Positions 18,168 through 27,231 of a DNA stretch of 27,261 nucleotides are shown one piece after another (the stretch's first letter is position 1; each line of letters starts with the position of its first letter). A program made the position numbers and the translations under genes. The DNA is from Methanothrix sp. (lineage in GTDB: Archaea; Halobacteriota; Methanosarcinia; Methanotrichales; Methanotrichaceae), in assembly GCA_037128175.1 (NCBI GenBank), contig JBAXWY010000037.1, positions 1-27,261 of the forward strand, in the 5' to 3' direction. The notes under the pieces were generated by a model that made no database searches, was not told the DNA's origin, and worked only from the letters and a program-made list of their open reading frames with translations.

Positions 18168-20040
18168 TACCATTAAAATTCTTCTAATCGAGGATAATGA
18201 GGTAGATGCATGGATGATCCTGAAGTATCTACTGGATGTCTCCCGTAAAGAGGACGACGTTTCCGGCGCAATCTTCGATCTTGTCTGGAAAAATAGTCTT
18301 TCTTCGGGGCTTGAATTCCTGACCCAGGAAGATGTGGACGCTGTGCTCCTGGATTTGAATCTGTCCGATAGCCTTGGTTTAGATACATTCTCCCAAATTC
18401 ATAAAACGAAGGCAAAAATTCCCATACTGATATTAACCGGCCTATGCGACAAAGAGCTGGCGACGAGAGCCGTTCGTGAAGGTGCACAGGATTATTTGAT
18501 AAAGGGGGAATTGGATGGCAGATTGCTGGATCGTTCCATCAGATATTCCATCGAGCGCAATCGTGCGCAAAAGGCGCTGTTGGAAAGCGAGAAAAAGTAC
18601 CGCCTGCTGATAAACAACGCTAACGAATCAATCATCGTCGCGCAAGACGGCCTGCTCAAATTTGTCAATCCCATGACGCTTGAATTGCTGGAAGGGTATT
18701 CTGAGCAGGATCTCATTGATAGACCATTTCCCGAATTCATTCACCCGGATGATCGGAGCATGGTGGTTGAAAATTACCGGCGACGGGTCGCAAACGAAGC
18801 CGCACTGCCCCGCTATGCCTTCCGAGTGGTTACCCGAGCCGGCATTGTCAAATGGGTGGAAATCAATGCTGCCTTGATCGAATGGCAAGGCAAACCAGCC
18901 TCTTTGAATTTCCTCACAGACATCACCGAAAGCAAGCGCGCCGAGGAGGCGCTGGCATTCACCTATATCATCCTTCGCACACAGCAGGAGTTATCCATCG
19001 ATGGAATACTTGTGGTGGATGAAAATGGTAAAATATTATCCTACAATCAACGTTTTGTCGATATGTGGGGTATTCCTCCCGACGTAATAGAATCACAATC
19101 CGATGAGCGTGCGCTACAGTCGGTAATGGTTAAACTGGCCAGTCCCGAGGAATTCATGCAGAAGGTGTTGCACCTCTACAGAGTTCTGGATGAAATAAGC
19201 AGTGATGAGATCGCTTTGAAAGACGGCAGGTCGTTCGACCGCTACTCGGCCCCGATGCTTGGTGCCAGTGGAAAATATTATGGCAGGGTGTGGTATTTCC
19301 GAGATATCACCGAGCATAAGCAGGCCGAGGAGGTCAGAGAACGTTTGGTGACAGAACTTGAATCCAAAAACACAGAGATGGAGAGGTTCATTTACACGGT
19401 CTCACATGACCTGCAGTCCCCCCTGGTCACGATAAACGGTTTCGTGGGCTTCCTGCAGTCTGACCTGGCCAAGGGCAACTCTGAACGTGTCAAGGTAGAT
19501 CTCAAGATGATCAGCTCTGCCATTTCCAAGATGGAAAATCTTCTTACGGACACCCTGGAGCTTTCCCGCATAGGCAGGGTCGCCAATCCTCCTGATGTAG
19601 TTCCCTTCACCGAGATTGTCCAGGAGGCGTTGGGTCTGATCAATGAGAAAATAATGGTACGGGGTGTACAGGTGACGATAGAACCCATTCTTCCATCGGT
19701 CAATGTGGACCGCATGAGGATAGTCGAGGTTCTGACAAACCTGATAGAGAATAGCATAAAATACATGGGGAGCCAGCCGCATCCAAATATAGACATTGGA
19801 TGCAGACAAGATGGTGAAGAAACGGTATTTTTCGTAAAAGATAACGGCATAGGAATAGATCCTAGCCAGCATGACAAAGTCTTTGAACTCTTCTATAAGT
19901 TAGATAAGAAGAGTGAGGGATCAGGCGCTGGGCTGGCCATAATTAAGAGGATTATCGAGGTTCATGGAGGACGCATTTGGATAGAGTCAAAGCTGGGAAA
20001 GGGTTGCACTGTCTGTTTTACTTTGGCAGAGTCCAAATGA
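18160..20040 (+). CDS. Cytoplasmic hybrid sensor kinase REC-PAS-PAS-HisKA-HATPase
   Basis: REC (LLIEDN, LLDLNL, DYLIK), two PAS/PAC units ending in DITE, H-box VSHDLQSPL, N-box NLIENSIKY, DNGIG, GSGAGL. No TM segments. Confidence 0.93.
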   Translation: MTDTIKILLIEDNEVDAWMILKYLLDVSRKEDDVSGAIFDLVWKNSLSSGLEFLTQEDVDAVLLDLNLSDSLGLDTFSQIHKTKAKIPILILTGLCDKELATRAVREGAQDYLIKGELDGRLLDRSIRYSIERNRAQKALLESEKKYRLLINNANESIIVAQDGLLKFVNPMTLELLEGYSEQDLIDRPFPEFIHPDDRSMVVENYRRRVANEAALPRYAFRVVTRAGIVKWVEINAALIEWQGKPASLNFLTDITESKRAEEALAFTYIILRTQQELSIDGILVVDENGKILSYNQRFVDMWGIPPDVIESQSDERALQSVMVKLASPEEFMQKVLHLYRVLDEISSDEIALKDGRSFDRYSAPMLGASGKYYGRVWYFRDITEHKQAEEVRERLVTELESKNTEMERFIYTVSHDLQSPLVTINGFVGFLQSDLAKGNSERVKVDLKMISSAISKMENLLTDTLELSRIGRVANPPDVVPFTEIVQEALGLINEKIMVRGVQVTIEPILPSVNVDRMRIVEVLTNLIENSIKYMGSQPHPNIDIGCRQDGEETVFFVKDNGIGIDPSQHDKVFELFYKLDKKSEGSGAGLAIIKRIIEVHGGRIWIESKLGKGCTVCFTLAESK

Positions 20041-20069
20041 AGAGATATTGGTCAATTATGAGGTAAGTT

Positions 20070-21185
20070 ATGCAATCATCTGTTGGCAAAAAGGATATCA
20101 AACAGATTCTGTTAGTAGAGGATGAAGAGGCTCACGCTCTGCTGGTTCGAAGGATCTTTGAGGAGAATGATGCGGACTGGAAAATTGATCGTGCCGAAAC
20201 GATCGGGGATGCCAAAAAGTGGATAAATGAGCACACTGGCCAGGAGTTTCTGGTGATCTCAGATTATCGCCTCCCCGACGGCAATGGTCTGGACCTGACC
20301 GGAGGAGCAGGGCGCTCTCTGGAGATGAAGTTTCCATTCATAATCATAACGGGAGTAGGATCTGAGAAGCTGGCTGTCCAGTCTCTAAAATCAGGGGCTA
20401 TGGATTATGTGGTGAAAGGAGAAGATCTGCACCAGCTTCCCCAGGTTGCCGAGAGTGTCTTACTGGAATGGAACAAGATCATGGAACGCAGGAACGCCGA
20501 GAGAGATCTCTGCGAGTATATCAATGACCTGGAAAAGTCTTGTGCCAATCCAGATGAGTTCATGGATAAGATCGCCCAATATCTGGAGACTTCTCTCACC
20601 TATGATCGAGAGTCCAACAAGCAGCTTATTGAGAACTTTCGGAAAAAAGCGTCCTGCGAAGGGCATGATGGTGCAACAAAAGCCAAAAGTATGCGTCCCG
20701 GCATGGGCAATGCCTTGGACCTGCTTTCCAAAGAGGGCCTAGGTGGCGCCATGATGATTGTAGATCTGGAACTAGGCAAGAACTCCAACAGCTGGGAGGC
20801 CTTGTCCGCCAAGGCCGATATTTTCTATCTCCAGGAGAGATATTTTGAATCGCTTGATGCCTGCAATAAAGCCTTGCAGATCAATTTGCAAAACGCACTG
20901 GTCTGGAATACCAAAGGCAATGTGCTTTACAGGCTTGACAGATACGATCAGGCCATAGAATGCTATAACAAAGCCATTGAGATCTCGCCTCTATTTCCCA
21001 GATCATGGTATAACAAGAAGCTTGCCCTGGAGTTGCAGCTTAAGAAGTCAATGAAAAAGATGTCTGTAAGGGCAACCTCGAAGGATAGTGCTTCTGGAGG
21101 TAATAAGGGCTCCAAAGAGGGCGACCATTCCGGCGATGATAAAGGCGACGGATCACTTCGAGCAACCATAGGCCGCGTAAAGTGA
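20070..21185 (+). CDS. Response regulator receiver plus TPR protein
   Basis: REC (LLVEDE, ISDYRLPDGNG, IIITG, DYVVK), helical linker, TPRs (VWNTKGNVLY...AIECYNKAIEISP), low-complexity tail. Confidence 0.88.
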   Translation: MQSSVGKKDIKQILLVEDEEAHALLVRRIFEENDADWKIDRAETIGDAKKWINEHTGQEFLVISDYRLPDGNGLDLTGGAGRSLEMKFPFIIITGVGSEKLAVQSLKSGAMDYVVKGEDLHQLPQVAESVLLEWNKIMERRNAERDLCEYINDLEKSCANPDEFMDKIAQYLETSLTYDRESNKQLIENFRKKASCEGHDGATKAKSMRPGMGNALDLLSKEGLGGAMMIVDLELGKNSNSWEALSAKADIFYLQERYFESLDACNKALQINLQNALVWNTKGNVLYRLDRYDQAIECYNKAIEISPLFPRSWYNKKLALELQLKKSMKKMSVRATSKDSASGGNKGSKEGDHSGDDKGDGSLRATIGRVK

Positions 21186-21193
21186 TGCGAATC

Positions 21194-23173
21194 TTACCCC
21201 AACAACATCTCCTTCTCCAGCCTGCGTGCCGTGTCGCGGAGCGAAATCGCCCTCTCGAACTCCAACAGCTCCGCTGCGGCGCGCATCTGTGCCTCCAGCT
21301 CGATGATAACATTGGGAATATCGGATTTGGGAATATGCCTGGTGTCGGTGATCTCCACCACCTTTTCTCGGATGGGCTTTTTGATGGTGCTGGGAACTAT
21401 GCCATGCTCCTGGTTGTAGGCCATCTGCATCGCCCGGCGCTGCTCTGTCTTCTCCACAGCCGCCCGGATGGATCCGGTCATCCTGTTTGCGTAAAGAACC
21501 ACGCGGGAGTTGGCATTCCTGGAGGCCCGGCCAATGGTCTGGATGAGGCTCTTCTCGTCCCGCAGGAAGCCCTCTTTGTCTGCATCTAAAATACCGATGA
21601 AGCCCACTTCAGGGATGTCCAGCCCCTCCCGGAGCAGGTTGATGCCCACCAGCACATCAAATTTGCCTAGCCGCAGCTCGCGGATGATCTCCGTCCGCTC
21701 TAGGGTGTCGATGTCGGAGTGCAGGTAGCGAGCGCGGATCTCGTTTTTGGCCAAAAAGTCCGTGAGCTCCTCGGCCAGGCGCTTGGTGAGGGTGGTCACC
21801 AGTGCCCGGTCGCCCTTCTCCACCACGAGGTGAATCTCTGTCATCACATCTCGCACCTGGCCCTCGATAGGCCGGATTTCCACCAGAGGATCGAGCAGGC
21901 CCGTGGGCCGGATGATCTGCTCCACCACTTGGGCAGAATGTTCCAGCTCGTAAGCCCCGGGCGTCGCAGACACGAATATCACATTTTTCATGTGCTGCTC
22001 GAACTCTTCAAAGCGCAGGGGCCGGTTGTCAAAGGCGCTGGGCAGCCGGAAGCCGTAATCTACCAGGCTCTTCTTTCGGGAGCGATCGCCCTTGTACATG
22101 GCCCTTAGTTGGGGCAGGGTCTGGTGGCTCTCATCGATGACCAGAAGGAAATCATCTGGAAAATAGTCGATCAGGCAGTAGGGCGCTTCCCCCGCACGGC
22201 GACGGTCGAAATGACGGGAATAGTTCTCGATGCCCTTGCAACTGCCCGTCTCCGAGATCATCTCCATATCGTGCAGCGTGCGCTGCTTGAGTCGGTGAGC
22301 CTCGATCATGCCCAGTTGTGGCAACTGCTCCTCCAGCTCAGCCATAATGGTCTCTATGGCCGCCTTCTGCTCCTCTTCCGGGATGACATAATGCCTGGCC
22401 GGGTAAATGAAGAAATAGTTCATGTCATCGATGAGAAGACCCGTCTGCCGGTCAACCTCGGAGATCCTCTCCACCTCATCTCCAAATAGCTCAATTCGAA
22501 TGATGTTGTTGAAATAGCCGGGGACCAGATCGATGGTATCGCCCTTCGACCGGAAGCGACCGGGGGAAAGGTCCAGGTCGTTTCTCTCAAAGAGAATGTC
22601 TACCAGACGTCCCAGGATCTCCCTTCTGGATATTCGCTCCCCCACCTTGACCTCAAAGCCCATCTTCTGAAAGTTCTCGGGGTTGCCCAGACCATAGATG
22701 CAGGAGACGGATGCCACGACAATGACGTCGCTTCGCGAGAGCAGGGAGGCGGTTGCCGCCAGCCTCATCTGCTCGATCTTGGGGTTGATATGAGAGTCCT
22801 TCTCGATGTACTGGTCCTTGGCAGGGATGTAGGACTCCGGCTGATAGTAGTCATAATAGGAAACGAAGTACTCCACCCGGTTTTCCGGGAAGAACTCCTT
22901 GAACTCGTTATAAAGCTGAGCAGCCAAGGTCTTGTTGTGGGCAATGACCAACGTGGGCCGCTGCAGCTTTTCGATGACATTAGCCACGGTGTAGGTCTTG
23001 CCCGAGCCCGTGACGCCCAGGAGGGTCTGGAAATTACCGCCAGCACCGGCCCGCTCGTTCGCCCGCTCTTCCGATTGCAGGCCGGATATGAGCTGTTCGA
23101 TGGCCTCTGGCTGGGAGCCGGTGGGCAGAAAGGCAGAGACCAGATGAAACTTCTGAGAGGGGTGTGTCGTCAT
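21194..23173 (-). CDS. uvrB: Excinuclease ABC subunit B
   Basis: LLGVTGSGKT, AHNKTLAAQL, YFVSYYDYYQPE, DESH, GINLLREGLD.PEV, DADKEGFLR, C-terminal UVR domain. Start ATG 23173 or TTG 23188. Confidence 0.97.
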   Translation of the reverse strand: MTTHPSQKFHLVSAFLPTGSQPEAIEQLISGLQSEERANERAGAGGNFQTLLGVTGSGKTYTVANVIEKLQRPTLVIAHNKTLAAQLYNEFKEFFPENRVEYFVSYYDYYQPESYIPAKDQYIEKDSHINPKIEQMRLAATASLLSRSDVIVVASVSCIYGLGNPENFQKMGFEVKVGERISRREILGRLVDILFERNDLDLSPGRFRSKGDTIDLVPGYFNNIIRIELFGDEVERISEVDRQTGLLIDDMNYFFIYPARHYVIPEEEQKAAIETIMAELEEQLPQLGMIEAHRLKQRTLHDMEMISETGSCKGIENYSRHFDRRRAGEAPYCLIDYFPDDFLLVIDESHQTLPQLRAMYKGDRSRKKSLVDYGFRLPSAFDNRPLRFEEFEQHMKNVIFVSATPGAYELEHSAQVVEQIIRPTGLLDPLVEIRPIEGQVRDVMTEIHLVVEKGDRALVTTLTKRLAEELTDFLAKNEIRARYLHSDIDTLERTEIIRELRLGKFDVLVGINLLREGLDIPEVGFIGILDADKEGFLRDEKSLIQTIGRASRNANSRVVLYANRMTGSIRAAVEKTEQRRAMQMAYNQEHGIVPSTIKKPIREKVVEITDTRHIPKSDIPNVIIELEAQMRAAAELLEFERAISLRDTARRLEKEMLLG

Positions 23174-23283
23174 ATGAAGTGATAACAACTAGAATATATG
23201 GTGTTAAGAGCTTTTTGCTTCCACCTATTGCTGCGGTCTGACCATCAAAAAGCCCTAATATTCCTTGATCCCAAGAAAGGCTG

Positions 23284-23943
23284 ATGGACCAACCGGCAGA
23301 GAATTTTCCCCTCACCGTTGAGGAGCTGATGCAGCAATACAATCCCGTAAAGCCGCAAATCGAGGCCAGACTCATGGATTTCCGGCACATCTGGGAGACG
23401 GCCTCCGATGAAGAGCTTTTCTTGGAGCTTATCTTCTGCCTGCTCACGCCCCAGTCCAAGGCCAAGACCTGCTGGAAGGCGGTAGAGCGACTGGAGCAAA
23501 AGTGCATGATAGCCGAGGCCGCGCCTGCGCAAATTTCCCTGGAACTGGGGGGTGTCAGGTTCCACCAGCGAAAGGGGGAGTATATCTGCCTGGCAAGGAA
23601 TATGTTCAGCACCGGATCTCTAAGAGCCACGCTGGCCGAATTTGCCGACGCGGCGGCGGCCCGGGAATGGCTGGTGGAAAATGTCAAGGGCCTCGGATAT
23701 AAAGAAGCCAGCCATTTCCTCCGAAACATTGGCCTAGGCGAGAATCTGGCCATCTTGGACCGGCATATTCTCAAGAATCTAGCCCTACTCGGCGTGATAA
23801 AAGAAGTTCCCACTTCTCTCACGAAAAGGATCTACCTGGAGATCGAGAGGAAGATGATTGCCTTTTCCAAAGAAGCGAATATTCCCATGGGACACCTTGA
23901 CCTTCTTCTCTGGTATAAGGAGGCAGGAGAGGTTTTCAAATAA
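23284..23943 (+). CDS. ogg: 8-oxoguanine N-glycosylase/DNA lyase (Ogg2 type)
   Basis: EL.FCLLTPQS, RF...K, REWLVENVKGLGYKEASHFLRN (HhH with catalytic Lys), AILDRHIL, LDL.LWY and terminal VFK. Confidence 0.93.
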   Translation: MDQPAENFPLTVEELMQQYNPVKPQIEARLMDFRHIWETASDEELFLELIFCLLTPQSKAKTCWKAVERLEQKCMIAEAAPAQISLELGGVRFHQRKGEYICLARNMFSTGSLRATLAEFADAAAAREWLVENVKGLGYKEASHFLRNIGLGENLAILDRHILKNLALLGVIKEVPTSLTKRIYLEIERKMIAFSKEANIPMGHLDLLLWYKEAGEVFK

Positions 23944-23955
23944 CGCTAGAAATAT

Positions 23956-24657
23956 TTAATATATAGGACCGAGAATGTTAATTCCATTATCATTGATGGT
24001 AAGCTGATGCTTTTCCATGGCGTGTTTGGTGGCTCTCATCTTCAAGATCTGAATGTATCTCTTCACGCCGCCTTTCCCTTCAATCATGCCAAGCTCAATT
24101 GTTCCGTCCGCCAGGAAGTGCTCTATTTGATGGAATTGGGAGAATTGTCCTGAGATTCTCGATTGGGCAGACTCCATAATCAAAAAAGAGGTAAGTCCTT
24201 CATCACGAAGATGCGAAAAGAAATTATAAATTTTATTCCTCATATTGCCATTCTCAGAGATGGAATAGAGGGCATTGAGAGAATCAAGCGCAAATAGCGT
24301 CAGGTTGTCATACTTTTCTTTGTAAGAATCTATAACTTCCTCTGTAGTCTTGATGAGATCCAGGTCACTGTCCATCCACTCCAGCCGCATATCCCGGTAA
24401 TCGAATATATGCAAACCACTCTCTTCTTTAATCCCCAGACTATTCATATTTCTTAGGTGGCTTTCCACATTTTGCTCTAAAGTTACATAGAGGCCATGCT
24501 CATCATTGGCCGCTATATAATTTGTCATCATGCTGAATACCAGGCCCGATTTCAGGGTACCTTCCGCACCGGTCACAAGGATTACTGAACCCTTCGGGAT
24601 TTCATCAAACAGAATTTTATCCAGGCCGTTGATGGTGTTCTTCAGCATCAAGCTCAT
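23956..24657 (-). CDS. Single-domain KaiC/RAD55-like ATPase
   Basis: TINGLDKIL...IPKGSVILVTGAEGTLKS, LYVTLEQ, FALDSL, LADGTIEL, RYIQILKMRATKH. Confidence 0.9.
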   Translation of the reverse strand: MSLMLKNTINGLDKILFDEIPKGSVILVTGAEGTLKSGLVFSMMTNYIAANDEHGLYVTLEQNVESHLRNMNSLGIKEESGLHIFDYRDMRLEWMDSDLDLIKTTEEVIDSYKEKYDNLTLFALDSLNALYSISENGNMRNKIYNFFSHLRDEGLTSFLIMESAQSRISGQFSQFHQIEHFLADGTIELGMIEGKGGVKRYIQILKMRATKHAMEKHQLTINDNGINILGPIY

Positions 24658-25025
24658 CTCCTGAGTAATAAAGATACCTGCTCCAGGGCTTTGGCAAAAT
24701 CCTCAACATCCTTTTCAGCGACTTTTCTGCCACTGAGTGTAAGGCTATATTTTTTGCTTCTCATATCACCCTTGCTGTATTCGGCATGGAGCAAACCCTC
24801 ACCCTCAAGAGTATATAAAACAGGATAAACCGTTCCCTGGCTGAGAAAAACATCGCACCTTGAGAATATTTCCTTTATAAGGTCATAACCGCACATTTGT
24901 TTGTCTAGGAGGGAAGACATCATAAAAACTTCTCGATTCGTCTTGATGATTCTATCAATAAACTTTTTGCAATTATCCTCCGAGAATTCACAGAGGTCAG
25001 CGACATTCTCGACCGATGTCTTCAT
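24654..25025 (-). CDS. PadR-family transcriptional regulator
   Basis: MCGYDLIKEI....LSQGTVYPVLYTLE.EGLL...KKYSLT.SG. Confidence 0.9.
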   Translation of the reverse strand: MKTSVENVADLCEFSEDNCKKFIDRIIKTNREVFMMSSLLDKQMCGYDLIKEIFSRCDVFLSQGTVYPVLYTLEGEGLLHAEYSKGDMRSKKYSLTLSGRKVAEKDVEDFAKALEQVSLLLRR

Positions 25026-25091
25026 GACTAAAGATTACTCCAATGGTATATACCTGTGCAAACTATAAGAATATTTTCCTGCACTTACACT

Positions 25092-25748
25092 TTAGTTTTC
25101 GTCCTCATCCGGGTATTGCCGTAGCTCGAACATGTTTCGTTCCATCAATGCCAGTTCTTTCTTCTCGATTCCTGCGGGGTCTACCGGCAAGATTAGAATG
25201 GCCCTTTGCAATATTATCCATTCTTGTATATCTCTCAGAAGCCTCAATACGGGTGCTGAGCCATTTTCGAATATCAGATGCTCTATTCCGTCAAGAAGAA
25301 TTACCGGGTTTTTGCTTTGCTTTAAGAATTTGGTGGTTATATCAGCTATTACCTCCAGAGCTATGGGGTTGATGCTCTGGGGTCCATGATTGCTTATCCA
25401 GAAGATGGGGGTGGTCTGCAAAGCGTACCTCAGGCGGATATCCTGGGGCGAATGCATAGTAAAGCATAATCCTTGGGCCCTGGAATGCTTGCATACTTTA
25501 CAGGTGCAGGGCAACTCGCATCTTTCACAACCGATGCTCTCGCAGGGGAAAGAATCGAGATAATCACAATCGTTGCATCTTCCCTTTACCAAAGAAACAA
25601 AGAGCTCAAAGCTAAACTCTGCCTTCGGTTCTTTGACCAGGTAGCTGGAGCCTTTCGTCAAATTACGGCTTACATGGCTATTTAAGGGTTCAGTCGCCGG
25701 CACAACGGCAGGCGCTATCTTTAGCCTGGCGAGAATATTTTTGATCAT
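25092..25748 (-). CDS. DUF835-like (inactive KaiC-like fold) protein with 8-Cys insert
   Basis: SYLVKE, GLCFT..P, IFWIS, I.P..L, VILLDGIEHLIFENG, LILPVDP, ELALMER. Confidence 0.8.
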   Translation of the reverse strand: MIKNILARLKIAPAVVPATEPLNSHVSRNLTKGSSYLVKEPKAEFSFELFVSLVKGRCNDCDYLDSFPCESIGCERCELPCTCKVCKHSRAQGLCFTMHSPQDIRLRYALQTTPIFWISNHGPQSINPIALEVIADITTKFLKQSKNPVILLDGIEHLIFENGSAPVLRLLRDIQEWIILQRAILILPVDPAGIEKKELALMERNMFELRQYPDEDEN

Positions 25749-26878
25749 AATTTTTTGGGCAATGTGAAAATGAATGTGCTTCCCATGCCAATCTCGCTCG
25801 CCACCCAGATGCGACCTTCATGGGCCTCAATTATTCCCTTGGCTATGGCCAGGCCAAGGCCCATACGACCTGATTCCCTGGTTAGCGAGCTGCCGCTGCC
25901 CGTATAGAATTTTTCAAAGATCCTATGTTGATCCTTTTTGGCAACTCCAATACCATTATCAATTATCGATACACAGACATCCTCCGGCTCATCGGTGATT
26001 ATTACTTCGATTTTTCCTTTTTCAGGAGTATATTTGATGGCATTGGTGAGAAGGTTATTGAAGACCTGCTTGATCCTCCGCCCGTCCCCCTCCACATCAG
26101 AGTGTGAGCCTTCGATGGTTAAAGACATGGACTGCTCTTTTAGACCCGCCAGCCGGCTTAAATCATCGATAGCCTTTCTGGCAATATCATCGACCCAGAT
26201 AGGATATTTATTGATCTTGAGAGCCTTTGACTCCAATCGGGATACATCGAGCATATCTTCGACCAGTCGAATCATATGCTCTATCTGCGAACTTATGATC
26301 TCTATCTTTTCCCGTTGAACGCTGCTAAGTTCGCCCAGCATTCCCCCCTCGAACATCTCAATGTAGCTGTTGATCACCGTAATCGGAGTTCTTAGCTCAT
26401 GAGAGGCGGTGGAAATGAACTCCGATTTAATTGCGTCATTCTCTTTCAGCTCGGCAAAAGCATTCTCCAGCTTGACATAAGACTCGCGAAGCTCCTCTTC
26501 CAGACGGGTAAGCTCGGTGATGTTCTCCATGAAGATTACAACCTTGCTTATGCTCTCCTCATCCTCCTTTAATGGATATATTTTATAGAAATAGAACATG
26601 CCTCCCGGATATCTGATCTGATCTCCATCAAAGGGAACACCCGTGAGAAACACCTCGCGAATTTTATCGATAATTCCCGTTTTTTCTATGAGCATGGGCG
26701 GAATTACTCTGGACAGTCTCTCTCCTAAGACATCCCTCTCTCGCTTCGCGACGGATTTAGCATAATAATTCTTATTGGCGTAGAGCACCTCCAGGCTCCT
26801 ATTTACGACTATAATGGTGCTGGGGATTGCCTCAATTATTTCTTCCTGATATCCCCTTACCGATTCAATTCCTTTCAT
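25745..26878 (-). CDS. Cytoplasmic PAS-domain histidine kinase
   Basis: PAS domain, H-box ASHELRTPI, NLLTNAIKY, DNGIG, GLGLAI, GSTF.F.LP. Start at ATG 26878 overlaps the upstream stop as ATGA. Confidence 0.93.
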   Translation of the reverse strand: MKGIESVRGYQEEIIEAIPSTIIVVNRSLEVLYANKNYYAKSVAKRERDVLGERLSRVIPPMLIEKTGIIDKIREVFLTGVPFDGDQIRYPGGMFYFYKIYPLKEDEESISKVVIFMENITELTRLEEELRESYVKLENAFAELKENDAIKSEFISTASHELRTPITVINSYIEMFEGGMLGELSSVQREKIEIISSQIEHMIRLVEDMLDVSRLESKALKINKYPIWVDDIARKAIDDLSRLAGLKEQSMSLTIEGSHSDVEGDGRRIKQVFNNLLTNAIKYTPEKGKIEVIITDEPEDVCVSIIDNGIGVAKKDQHRIFEKFYTGSGSSLTRESGRMGLGLAIAKGIIEAHEGRIWVASEIGMGSTFIFTLPKKL

Positions 26879-27231
26879 TCTGCCACCAGTGAGTTGATCG
26901 AGCTTAATAGCTCTTTTATTTTGAATGGCTTTATAATAAATTTCTTTGCACCGGCTAGAAGGCATTCGTTATCAAGGCCGCTCTTTCCCACGGCAGAGAT
27001 GACAATTATCTTCGCGGATGGATCCATTTCCAGCATTTTCTTAGTGGCACTGATGCCGTCAAGCTTTGGCATCAATATATCCATTAGAACGACATCTGGC
27101 ATAACCTCTGCGTATCTGGCCAGGCCTTCTTCGCCGTTTTCCGCCACGTATACCTCGCATCCATAGGCCTCCAGTATGTCCCGAAATGCCCTAAGCATTT
27201 CCGGCGCGTCATCAATGATAAGTAATTTCAT
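26875..27231 (-). CDS. CheY-like single-domain response regulator
   Basis: LIIDDA, PDVVLMDILMPKLDG, VISA, FIIKPF. A GAGGT RBS lies upstream. Confidence 0.92.
   Translation of the reverse strand: MKLLIIDDAPEMLRAFRDILEAYGCEVYVAENGEEGLARYAEVMPDVVLMDILMPKLDGISATKKMLEMDPSAKIIVISAVGKSGLDNECLLAGAKKFIIKPFKIKELLSSINSLVAE

Noticed and set aside
18160-20040. Identification as the FilI/FilR system of Methanosaeta harundinacea
   Set aside because: This kinase has an N-terminal REC and no membrane or extracellular sensor region, so orthology cannot be supported from the sequence alone.
23956-24657. Circadian KaiC clock or archaellum FlaH call
   Set aside because: Single domain, no Ser/Thr phospho-sites, and no kaiB or archaellum genes in the window.
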